56,909 nt of DNA, taken from assembly GCA_035411265.1 (NCBI GenBank), contig DAONSQ010000001.1, positions 1 to 56,909 on the forward strand, read 5' to 3'. The position numbers and the translations under genes were made by a program. Positions 43,734-52,311 of the stretch are shown piece after piece. Position 1 is the stretch's first letter; the number at the start of each line of letters is the position of its first letter. The notes below the pieces were generated by a model. It had not been told where the DNA came from and made no database searches. It worked only from the letters and a program-made list of their open reading frames with translations. The DNA is from a bacterium. GTDB lineage: Bacteria; Patescibacteriota; Patescibacteriia; Patescibacteriales; Patescibacteriaceae.

Positions 43734-45065
43734 TTATCTGCAAGCTTCAAAAGTAGTCTTAGCGCTAGAATAATCAGAAATAAACTTAGTAAATGTTGCT
43801 GTCTGATCAACATACAATTTAGAACGATTAGAAATACTAGAACTACGATAAGCATCAATTAAAGTCTGTTTGGTAAGCTCTGTGGTGGCTGCGCGAAAGT
43901 CTCTGATAAATTGAGCAGTAACCGGAGCCATGGCTGAAAAATATTTAGTATTAGCATTCCTAACGTTGGTCACATATTGTTTACTCAAGCTTTCTAAATT
44001 AGCATAGCTAGTTTTCTGACAACTATTAAAAGAAGCTAGCATTTCATTTTTCTGAGCAATAGCAACAGCAATAGCTTGAGTTTTGTCAGTCACTAATGGC
44101 TCGGGCATAGTACCTGTACCAGTGCCGGTACCAGAGCCAGAGCCTGAGCCTGAGCCAGACCCAGAACCGGTGCCAGAACCAGAACATTCACCTAATTTAA
44201 CTAATAAATTAGTACTTTCACATTTACCAGGGGCACCACAAAACTCAGTCTCTAAAGCATCAACAATTGATTGGCTGGCATTTTCAATAATTAATGGAAG
44301 AGAACCGTTTTTAAAAGCATCAACTAATTGATTTTCTTTAATTAACCCCTGTTTTGATAAATAAACATCAACCTCGGCTACTGGATAAACTTTATCGTTA
44401 ACATATTCAATACTAAGACAAGAACCAGCAGCAGCACTATAAGACATAACAAAAGCTTTACTGTCGCATTTATCAACGCCACCACAAACATTTTCTTCTA
44501 AAATTGCCATAAGTTTTTGAGCTCCTGTTTGATCAGTTATTTTAACTACAAAAGGCAAGAGTCCTTTATCAACAGCAGCATAAAATTCACCAGCCGCCAC
44601 GCCGGCTTCGTTACTCAAAATAGAGTCAGCTAAATTTAAATCATAAAAACTAGGATCAAAAACACTAATTATCAGGCCAGCAGTTGTAGCAGTTGTAGCA
44701 GTTGTACCAGTTGCACTGTAAGTGGCCACAAAAGCTTTGCTGTCGCATTTATCAACGCCACCACAAACGTCTGTTTCTAAATTATCAATTATAAGATTTG
44801 CCGCCTTTTCATCAGCTACACTAACAGAAAAAGGCAATAAACCTTTGCTGACAGCAGTATAGAATTCTTTTTCAATAATTCCAGCATTTTCAACCAACGA
44901 AGCATCAGCTGCACCGCTATTATAAACCTTAACATCAAAAACACTAATCACTACAGCTGGACCAGCTGCCTGAGCATCTTTGGGATTAATTACAGCTTGG
45001 ATAAAAAAAGCTGACAGGCCAAGGAAAAAACCAAGTGCCAGAACAGCTAAAAAATGCTTTTTCAT
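43734..45065 (-). CDS. Secreted repeat protein: three Cys-pair modules, a Gly-Ser/Gly-Thr linker and a helical C-terminal domain
   Basis: Signal peptide MKKHFLAVLALGFFLGLSAFF. Three ~95-aa modules end in CGGVDKCDSKAFV (twice) or CGAPGKCESTNLLV. Then SGSGTGSGSGSGSGSGSGTGTGT. No family recognised. Confidence 0.7.
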   Translation of the reverse strand: MKKHFLAVLALGFFLGLSAFFIQAVINPKDAQAAGPAVVISVFDVKVYNSGAADASLVENAGIIEKEFYTAVSKGLLPFSVSVADEKAANLIIDNLETDVCGGVDKCDSKAFVATYSATGTTATTATTAGLIISVFDPSFYDLNLADSILSNEAGVAAGEFYAAVDKGLLPFVVKITDQTGAQKLMAILEENVCGGVDKCDSKAFVMSYSAAAGSCLSIEYVNDKVYPVAEVDVYLSKQGLIKENQLVDAFKNGSLPLIIENASQSIVDALETEFCGAPGKCESTNLLVKLGECSGSGTGSGSGSGSGSGSGTGTGTGTMPEPLVTDKTQAIAVAIAQKNEMLASFNSCQKTSYANLESLSKQYVTNVRNANTKYFSAMAPVTAQFIRDFRAATTELTKQTLIDAYRSSSISNRSKLYVDQTATFTKFISDYSSAKTTFEACR

Positions 45066-45097
45066 AAAAAATTATTTTTTAATTAATATTTATTTAA

Positions 45098-47413
45098 TTA
45101 TAGCAGTTTTGTCTCATAACGACTACTACTGAAAATCGCCGCTGAAAAAAACCACAGAAAAACTATACCGATATGCAAACTCCACCACCAATGATCCAGC
45201 ATCATTAAACAAAAAATACTAACTGCGAGTGGCCAGACAAAAGCTTTTTTCCTGGTTTGCCACAAAGCTAAACACCAACCGCCTACCAGCCAAATAAAGC
45301 CGCCATAGCCAATTTCGGCCATTATTAAAACTAAAGTATTATGCACTGGCTGATACTGCCACGCCGGACCGACTTCTTTATCTTGCTGGCTTAAAACTTG
45401 AGTGTAATTTCCCAAACCAATTCCCAAAAACGGTTTTTGCTTAATAATAGTCGCCGCCATCTGATAACCGTCCGCTCTTTCGGTTAAAGATTTTTGTTCC
45501 AATCTGGTCGCTAGGCTAACTCGACTATTTATCAATTCATTAAAAGGCCAGAGCCAAAGTATCGTCCATGCTATCAAGAAGCTAGCTAACCATAATATTT
45601 TCCGACGCCTCAGTTTCTCTGACCAAGCTAAAATTACTGCTAAAACTAAACCAACAATCATCGCTAGCCAGCCAGCCCGACTCCAGCTAAACAAGGCAGC
45701 TAAGCACCAAACAGCTAGGGCTCCAAATAATAAACTGCGAATAAAGTTACTATTAAACAATGGCCAGCCAACAATAACTAAAATTATTGCCACCGCCATC
45801 AGACCACCCAAGATATTGGGTTGATCGAAACTACCATAAGCCCTTAACCAACGGCCAGTTATTTCTCCACCACTGCCCAAAGACTCAATCACTGAAGTCC
45901 CCAAATCACCAGAATAATGAGCTGCTAATCCCAACCATTTATTAGCTGGAGCCGTCTGAGTAAAAAATTGCCCGATTCCTAAAAAAGCCGGAATAACTAA
46001 GCCTAGAGCAACATAACTCAGCCATTTTTTTATAGGCCAATAATTTAATCGCAGTAAAAACCACCAACCAAAACTCCATAAAAATAACCTCAACCAATAA
46101 AAAATTCTTAGCTGGTAATTAACGGTCGAATTAAAAAAACCAACCCCAATTATAGTTAATAGACCCACCAACCACAGTAAATACATTTTTCCTAAACGAG
46201 AGAAACGACCCTTTCGAAAATGAACACAAAATGTCGTCAGTATGGCTGCTATTAAAAAAATATCGCTAAGATAAAGGCTAATTGTTCCATACTCAAAGTA
46301 CTCTCCGCCTAAACTGCCTGCTTTAATAATCAATCTAGTCGACCAAGGCAAAACCAAACAAAGACCGAGGCAAAAAAACTCATTTAACCGACTCAGCCAA
46401 TTTATTTTTAATTGATAGCTTAAAGGGTCTGCTTTAATTTTCTCTATTTTTCCTACTTTCAAACCTTCTAAAACAGTCTGCAAACGATCACGAAAATTGC
46501 GACGCCGATCAATCGTATGTAATTTAATTGTTTTTTCATTAACCACCACTCGCTGATCAAGATTCATCAGAGTCTTAATGGCAATTGGTAAAAACTTTTG
46601 CTGTAAATAAAAAAACAATCGCTCAAAAGGTTTAGCTAAAAAACAATTCAACCTAGAAAAAACCTTAGCCAATCGGCTATTTAAAGTTTGGTCAGCAACT
46701 TCATATTGACCAGGCCGCCAATTGGGCAAATAAGTTTTAAGCCAAGGATTACTCTTAATTAATTGGCTATACGTCAGACCTTGCTCAACTAATGGCCGCA
46801 GATTAGCTAACCAATAAATATAATACCAATCCGGACAACCAGCCTCATCGGCCAATTTAAATTGATCAATTTTTAAATTATTACTCGCCAACCAAAAACT
46901 TAAACAAATTTTATCACGAGAATTTTCTGGCGTTGGTCTCAAACCAAAAATTTGCAAAATTAAAGCCGCCCAAAACCGACAAACCCATAGACAACCTGGT
47001 TGAGCCACAATAAATAAATCAATATCACCGCCATCACGCAAATTATAGGCCCCCATTAAATTAGCCACCGCCACAAAACGAATACCCGGTAGCCATCTTA
47101 GCCAAGCGACAACACGCTTAGCTATTTTTATTTTACGAATAGCCATTGGATAGCGTTGTCCACGACACTCAACTGTTTCACTTTGTCCTGGTAAAAAATA
47201 ATAACCCCACTTTTCCATCAACAAACCCTGTTCAACCATTTTTGCTACCGTCGTTCTAACTTGATTAAAATCAGTTTTTTGCGGTAAAAAAGACCAGATC
47301 TCCCACTGACTAAGAGGATATTTAAAAAGGGAAAAATAAGCTATCGTCTGCTGAATAGCCGCTTCTAAATTCCAATCCGCTTGTTGTCTTCTTTCAATAA
47401 AGCGGCTCACCAT
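45098..47413 (-). CDS. Fusion protein: cytoplasmic nucleotidyltransferase-like N-domain plus polytopic O-antigen-ligase/Wzy_C-type domain
   Basis: 771 aa. The first ~330 aa are soluble (GGDIDLFIV motif). Then come ~10-12 TM segments with a Wzy_C-like loop (SWSRAGWLAMIVGLVLA..., QPVHNTLVLIMAEIGYGGF). Confidence 0.7.
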   Translation of the reverse strand: MVSRFIERRQQADWNLEAAIQQTIAYFSLFKYPLSQWEIWSFLPQKTDFNQVRTTVAKMVEQGLLMEKWGYYFLPGQSETVECRGQRYPMAIRKIKIAKRVVAWLRWLPGIRFVAVANLMGAYNLRDGGDIDLFIVAQPGCLWVCRFWAALILQIFGLRPTPENSRDKICLSFWLASNNLKIDQFKLADEAGCPDWYYIYWLANLRPLVEQGLTYSQLIKSNPWLKTYLPNWRPGQYEVADQTLNSRLAKVFSRLNCFLAKPFERLFFYLQQKFLPIAIKTLMNLDQRVVVNEKTIKLHTIDRRRNFRDRLQTVLEGLKVGKIEKIKADPLSYQLKINWLSRLNEFFCLGLCLVLPWSTRLIIKAGSLGGEYFEYGTISLYLSDIFLIAAILTTFCVHFRKGRFSRLGKMYLLWLVGLLTIIGVGFFNSTVNYQLRIFYWLRLFLWSFGWWFLLRLNYWPIKKWLSYVALGLVIPAFLGIGQFFTQTAPANKWLGLAAHYSGDLGTSVIESLGSGGEITGRWLRAYGSFDQPNILGGLMAVAIILVIVGWPLFNSNFIRSLLFGALAVWCLAALFSWSRAGWLAMIVGLVLAVILAWSEKLRRRKILWLASFLIAWTILWLWPFNELINSRVSLATRLEQKSLTERADGYQMAATIIKQKPFLGIGLGNYTQVLSQQDKEVGPAWQYQPVHNTLVLIMAEIGYGGFIWLVGGWCLALWQTRKKAFVWPLAVSIFCLMMLDHWWWSLHIGIVFLWFFSAAIFSSSRYETKLL

Positions 47414-47416
47414 AAA

Positions 47417-48490
47417 CTATTCCTCGCTTGGACGGCCAAGCACCATTGGCTCAACGCTAGCTTCTTCACCAGTTATTTTAACGACATCACGATCAACCTT
47501 ACGAAATTCTTGATAAGCATTGTTGTAATGATTAACTGTCGTTCCCAAACTAGACCCCATTTTACGCAGAAATTCTTCATAAGAAGATAAATGCCGACCC
47601 AACTTTTCAACATTAACTTTAATATTTTTAGCATTTTCTTCAATTTGTAAAGCCTTTAAACCTTGTAAAACTGTCTGCAAATAAGCTAAAAAACTAGTCG
47701 GTGAAACAATTACCACGTGTTTATCGCGAAAAGCGTACTCAATCAAATCTTTGGTTTCAATCTGAACTGCCCCGATTTTATTAACCAACAAATCATAATA
47801 GATCGCCTCGGACGGTATGAACATAAAGGCAAAATCCATGGTTCCTTCAGCTGGTCGGACATATTTACCAGTTTCATCAATTCGATTTTTTAAATCCTGC
47901 TTAAAAGCTTTTTCCAATTTCAGACGTTGCTCCTGATCATTAGTATTTAAAATTTTCTCATAATTCTCTAAAGAAAATTTGGAATCAATTGGAATAACCT
48001 TATCTCGAACAAAAACTACCGCATCAACAATCTCCCCATTTTTGAAAGGATATTGAACTTGAAAGGCACCAGGCGGCAAGACATTTTTTAAAATTTCTTC
48101 CAAAAAATATTCACCCAAAACTCCTCGCTGTTTAGGGTTTTTTAAAATATCTTGTAGATTTTGTAATTGGCCAGAGAAACCCAAGATTTGCTTATTGCTT
48201 GATTGAAGCTCAGCAAGTTGCTTAGTAACATCACCCAACAAGCGGCTAGACTGGTTATTAATCGACTGCACGGCACTCATGGTGTTTTGATATTGGCTTT
48301 GGCTAGCCTGGTGGGTTTCACGCAGCTTTTGATCTAAAAGGCCTTTTAAATCATTGTTTTGCGTTGCTAACAGATTCATTTTCTCCTGCAAAACTGCCAT
48401 TTTTTCACTGCCATTATCACGATGAACAACCAATAGCCAAACCAAAGTGCCAGCTAATAATAACACTACTATACCCAAAATGATTTCCAT
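47417..48490 (-). CDS. rmuC: DNA recombination protein RmuC
   Basis: N-terminal TM helix, coiled coil, and nuclease-like core (VIPIDSKFSLENY, FMFIPSEAIY). The ORF-track start 48580 is a TTG overlapping tatD. ATG 48490 (MEIILGIVVLLL...) is used. Confidence 0.85.
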   Translation of the reverse strand: MEIILGIVVLLLAGTLVWLLVVHRDNGSEKMAVLQEKMNLLATQNNDLKGLLDQKLRETHQASQSQYQNTMSAVQSINNQSSRLLGDVTKQLAELQSSNKQILGFSGQLQNLQDILKNPKQRGVLGEYFLEEILKNVLPPGAFQVQYPFKNGEIVDAVVFVRDKVIPIDSKFSLENYEKILNTNDQEQRLKLEKAFKQDLKNRIDETGKYVRPAEGTMDFAFMFIPSEAIYYDLLVNKIGAVQIETKDLIEYAFRDKHVVIVSPTSFLAYLQTVLQGLKALQIEENAKNIKVNVEKLGRHLSSYEEFLRKMGSSLGTTVNHYNNAYQEFRKVDRDVVKITGEEASVEPMVLGRPSEE

Positions 48491-48494
48491 ACTA

Positions 48495-49346
48495 TTACCA
48501 TTCAATATTAAATAATCGTCGCGCGTTTTCTGTTGTGGTTTCAGCCACCCGCTCCAAAGTCCAGCCCTTGATTTGAGCAATCCGCTCCGCAGCTAAGCTC
48601 ACCAAACCAGGCTCGTTTCTTTGACCGCGAAAAGGCGCTGGCGTCAAAAATGGACAATCAGTTTCAACTAAAAACTTATCAGCTGGCATTTTTTTAATTA
48701 AATGATCCCAATCGTGGCAAAAAGTAATCAAGCCATTAAAAGAAATTAACAGACCGATACTAAAATATTCATTAGCCAAGCTTTCATTACCCGAAAAACA
48801 ATGGACCACCCCCCAAGGTCGGCCAACTGGTAAAAGCTGGCGATATTCACGGCGAAAATCTTTGAGTAGCGGCAGCAAATCAACATGAGCGTCACGGCAA
48901 TGGATTAAAATCGGCAATTCTCGCTTAGCTGCCAAAATAAGCTGCTCGATCAAAACCTCTTTTTGCTTCTTTTTTATTTCCTCAGGTGAAGCTGAAAATT
49001 CACTTAAATGATAATAATCTAAACCGATTTCACCAATCGCCACTACTTTACTAAAATCAGCCAGTTTGCCATAAACTTCCGGATCAAATTCTTCCCCATG
49101 AGTCACAAAATCATAGTCAGCATCTTGGACCCGAGCGCTAAACAAATGGGTTGGATGAAGACCAACCGCGGCCCAGACTCCACTATCATAACGATTGGCA
49201 TAATCGATGGCTCGCCTCGAAGTCCGAACTTCCGAACCAACCAAAATCATACCGACACCGGCCTCTAGCGATCTTTTGATCACTTCGTCGCCATCATCTT
49301 TAAAAGCATTAAAATTAACGTGAGCGTGGCTATCAAGAAGGTGCAT
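48495..49346 (-). CDS. tatD: TatD-family metal-dependent hydrolase
   Basis: 283 aa. LLDSHAHVNF, GEIGLDY, IHCRDA and ETDCPFL motifs. Confidence 0.9.
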   Translation of the reverse strand: MHLLDSHAHVNFNAFKDDGDEVIKRSLEAGVGMILVGSEVRTSRRAIDYANRYDSGVWAAVGLHPTHLFSARVQDADYDFVTHGEEFDPEVYGKLADFSKVVAIGEIGLDYYHLSEFSASPEEIKKKQKEVLIEQLILAAKRELPILIHCRDAHVDLLPLLKDFRREYRQLLPVGRPWGVVHCFSGNESLANEYFSIGLLISFNGLITFCHDWDHLIKKMPADKFLVETDCPFLTPAPFRGQRNEPGLVSLAAERIAQIKGWTLERVAETTTENARRLFNIEW

Positions 49347-49446
49347 AGAAAAAGGAATTAACTAACTAAAATAACAGATAACGCTATTTCTAATTTATCA
49401 CAAAAAGAGCTATAAGTCTATCTTGAACCCAAATAAAATGAGCTTA

Positions 49447-49475
49447 TTGACAGCTCTTTTAATAAGTGGTAAATA
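49447..49475 (+). promoter_or_regulatory. Candidate promoter of the small duplicated gene
   Basis: TTGACA (49447..49452), 17 nt spacer, TAAATA (49470..49475) with TG at the extended -10 position. Confidence 0.45.
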
Positions 49476-49506
49476 TTAGATGTCTAAACTAGACAAAAAA
49501 AATTTG

Positions 49507-49626
49507 GGAGGAAAAAATGAGTGTCGCCGATCAAATCAGCTCAGCCATCAATTTCAAAACAAAGGAGGAAAAAATGAGTGTCGCCGATCAAATCAGCTCA
49601 GCCATCAATTTCAAAACAAAGGAGGA
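49507..49626 (+). repeat. Perfect 57-bp tandem duplication (2.1 copies) covering the SD, the ATG and 19 codons
   Basis: 49507..49563 is identical to 49564..49620. A third GGAGGA (49621..49626) begins before the sequence diverges. Confidence 0.95.
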
Positions 49627-49702
49627 TGGACAAAAACTTTTAAAAATCCTAAACAACGAAAAGGCTAAGCAAATCTGCTCAGCCAAACTTAAACTTTTCT
49701 AA
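49517..49702 (+). CDS. Small hypothetical protein (61 aa, or 42 aa from the second start at 49574)
   Basis: MSVADQISSAINFKTKEEK + MSVADQISSAINFKTKED + GQKLLKILNNEKAKQICSAKLKLF. Each ATG has GGAGGA 4 nt upstream. A terminator follows. Confidence 0.6.
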   Translation: MSVADQISSAINFKTKEEKMSVADQISSAINFKTKEDGQKLLKILNNEKAKQICSAKLKLF

Positions 49703-49712
49703 TTCAACTAGG

Positions 49713-49740
49713 GACCTGCTGCGGCGGGTCTTTTTCTTTT
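49713..49740 (+). terminator. Intrinsic terminator of the small gene
   Basis: GACCTGC-TGCG-GCGGGTC (one G-U pair) followed by TTTTTCTTTT. Confidence 0.6.
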
Positions 49741-50290
49741 AGCGAATTATTTTAATCTCCGGAAATTTAGTGCAATCAATAATTCTAGACGGCTGGCCAA
49801 TAAGCTCCCCGCCATCGATAATCAAGTCTGGTTTTGTCTTATTCCAGCCTTGACAGGCTTGTTCATAATTAACTACGGCTGGCTGGCCAGTCAAATTAGC
49901 ACTAGTTGAAGCCAAGGGCTGGCCAACTAATCTAATTAATTCTTCCAGCCAAGCTAATTTCGGCCAACGAAGAGCAATGGTTTCTAAGCTGTTATTGATT
50001 TCTTGATTAGTTATGCGACTTTTTAATAACAACGTATTAGTTCCTGGCCAATATTCACCCAATTGTTTACGGGCCATTTCATCAATAACTGCATACTCTT
50101 CAGCCATTGCCCAGCTATTAACTAAATAGATAAAAGGCTTCTTTAAGTCTCGTTCTTTGATTTGATAAACCCGCTTGATTGCTGCCTGATTATCCATTAA
50201 GCAGCTCAAGCCATAAATAGTGTCGGTTGGCAATAAGACTACTTGCCCTTTAAGCAGCGCCTCAGCAATTTGCGGTAATTTTTCCAACAT
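49739..50290 (-). CDS. tsaC: L-threonylcarbamoyladenylate synthase (YrdC/TsaC type)
   Basis: 183 aa. VVLLPTDTIYGL, RVYQIKERDLKKP and ASTSANLTGQP motifs. Confidence 0.88.
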   Translation of the reverse strand: MLEKLPQIAEALLKGQVVLLPTDTIYGLSCLMDNQAAIKRVYQIKERDLKKPFIYLVNSWAMAEEYAVIDEMARKQLGEYWPGTNTLLLKSRITNQEINNSLETIALRWPKLAWLEELIRLVGQPLASTSANLTGQPAVVNYEQACQGWNKTKPDLIIDGGELIGQPSRIIDCTKFPEIKIIR

Positions 50291-50310
50291 AACTTAATCT
50301 TAAGCATCAA

Positions 50311-50826
50311 TTACCACAAGGCTTGCATTTGCTTTAAAACCACCGGCAATAAAGGGCTCAAGATTTTACCGATAGTCATCAAGTATGGCACAAAAAATGA
50401 TTCACTTAACTGCTGACCAATAGTATTGGTGGTTGGCAAATAACGGCTGAAGAAAAACAACAATAAACCCCAGCTTAAAGCAGTAACTCCCAAATTCAAA
50501 ACTGCCCCCAACAAATGACTAAAAGTCTTCATCAAGGGAATAATCATGATCGATTCAATCAGGCGGCCAGCGGCAACAAAAATAATTGCCGCTAAATTGC
50601 TGGATAATAAAAACAAGATAATAAAAATAGCAATTTTATTAACAAACCACGATTCTTGAAAATGACCGAAAAGCCAATCATAAACCCAAAGATAATAATG
50701 ACTAGCCACCCACGCTCCAACCACTAAGCCAACCAAAGAGCCTAAAACTCGAAAAAGTCCTCGCCGTAAACCGCTTAAAAAAGCCCAGCCTAAAACAACG
50801 GCAAAAAAGATATCAATGGCTAGCAT
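50311..50826 (-). CDS. cvpA: CvpA-family membrane protein
   Basis: 171 aa, 4 TM segments. N-terminus IDIFFAVVLGWAFLSGLRRGLFRVLGSLVGLV is typical of CvpA. Confidence 0.7.
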   Translation of the reverse strand: MLAIDIFFAVVLGWAFLSGLRRGLFRVLGSLVGLVVGAWVASHYYLWVYDWLFGHFQESWFVNKIAIFIILFLLSSNLAAIIFVAAGRLIESIMIIPLMKTFSHLLGAVLNLGVTALSWGLLLFFFSRYLPTTNTIGQQLSESFFVPYLMTIGKILSPLLPVVLKQMQALW

Positions 50827-50835
50827 AAAATTATA

Positions 50836-52266
50836 TTATTGATTTAATTTATCAATTCTTAAGAATAACGGTTCTGGTTTACCAGTAAATGGTTGTTGGA
50901 AAAAATTAATTATTTTTTCCGCTGTTGCTGGTAAAAAAGGCCTCAAAGCTATAGTAGCTTCGACAAATTCATCCACTAACGGTTTAAGGCAATCTTTTGC
51001 TTCAGCTACTGGTAATTTCCACGGCTGTTTTTCCGTTAATTGACCATCTAATTGGCGATAAATCTGCCAAATTTCATTGACTGCTTGGTTGAAGTGCCAA
51101 CCCTTAGCTAGTTGTTCAACTTTTGTGTTCAACTTGCTTTTATTTCCTTTATTTACAGGCTCTAGCTCATACTTCCAAGCTAAGTTACCTAGCCGTGAAA
51201 AAAGGTTACCTAGTCCATTAGCCAGATTGGCCTGATAACTTTCCTGAAATCGTTCTTCGGTATAATCACCGTCTTCTCGATCATTAACTTCAGCTAGTAA
51301 AAAATAACGCACCGGCTCGGTGCCGTATTTTTCAACCAAATCTTTTGGCGAAACAACATTACCTAAAGTCTTACTCATCTTTTGACCGCCAGAAGTAATA
51401 AAACCGTTAATAAAAATTTGTTTAGTATTAGGTAAATTGGCTGACATTAACATGGCCTGCCACATTAACGATTGCGGCCTTAAATTATCTTTACCAGCAA
51501 TCTGCAGACCTGGCCACCACTCCCTAAAATTATCTTCTTGTTCTGGCCAGCCTAAAGCTGAAATATAATTAACCAAAGCATCAAACCAGACATACATTAC
51601 CTGTTCTTCGTCACCCGGCACCGGTATGCCCCATGGCAACTTACTAGCTAGACGGGAAATACTAAAATCCTGAAGACCTTTAGCCACAAAATTTCTAATC
51701 TCTTTTAATCGATTATCGGGCACAACAAAGTCGGCTGACTGGTCATATAAAGCCAGCAATCTATCCTGATATTTAGACAAACGAAAAAAATAATTCTCTT
51801 CCTCAATTAACTCCAAATCCTGATTGGGGTGAAGCGGACAACGGCCATTTTCTAACTCAGAGTCAGTTTTTTCCATCTCACAGCCTACGCAATACTTAAC
51901 ACTATAATGTTTCTTATAGATATCGCCATTAGCCGCGCAACGGCGCCAAAATTCTTGAGCTGCCGCCTGATGTCGAGTATCAGTCGTCCGAATAAAATTA
52001 TCATAACTTAACCCTAGCAAATCCTTCAACTCCTGAAAGCTCGCGGCCAGTTTATCACAGTAAGCCTGAGCCGCTAACCCCTGTTCCTGAGCCTTGCGCC
52101 AAATTTTCAAGCCATGCTCATCAGTCCCAGTATTAAAAAAGACTTCATCACCAGCTAGCCGACGACTACGGACCAAAGCATCAGCTCGAACGATTTCCAA
52201 AGCAAAGCCAATATGTGGCTCGGAATTGATATAAGGTAAAGTAGTAGTTAGATAAAATTTAGCCAT
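50836..52266 (-). CDS. metG: Methionine--tRNA ligase (short form)
   Basis: 476 aa. TTLPYINSEPHIGF (HIGH-type), the KMSKTLGN motif, and a CxxC...C zinc knuckle. Confidence 0.95.
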   Translation of the reverse strand: MAKFYLTTTLPYINSEPHIGFALEIVRADALVRSRRLAGDEVFFNTGTDEHGLKIWRKAQEQGLAAQAYCDKLAASFQELKDLLGLSYDNFIRTTDTRHQAAAQEFWRRCAANGDIYKKHYSVKYCVGCEMEKTDSELENGRCPLHPNQDLELIEEENYFFRLSKYQDRLLALYDQSADFVVPDNRLKEIRNFVAKGLQDFSISRLASKLPWGIPVPGDEEQVMYVWFDALVNYISALGWPEQEDNFREWWPGLQIAGKDNLRPQSLMWQAMLMSANLPNTKQIFINGFITSGGQKMSKTLGNVVSPKDLVEKYGTEPVRYFLLAEVNDREDGDYTEERFQESYQANLANGLGNLFSRLGNLAWKYELEPVNKGNKSKLNTKVEQLAKGWHFNQAVNEIWQIYRQLDGQLTEKQPWKLPVAEAKDCLKPLVDEFVEATIALRPFLPATAEKIINFFQQPFTGKPEPLFLRIDKLNQ

Positions 52267-52311
52267 AACTCTTATTTATTAAGCTAATTCTAGCATCGGT
52301 TATTAGTAAAA

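Noticed and set aside
49507-49626. 57-bp direct repeats as a tiny CRISPR array or minisatellite
   Set aside because: There are only 2.1 copies with no spacers between them. Each unit contains an SD and an ATG and is in frame, so a coding tandem duplication explains it. No cas genes are present.
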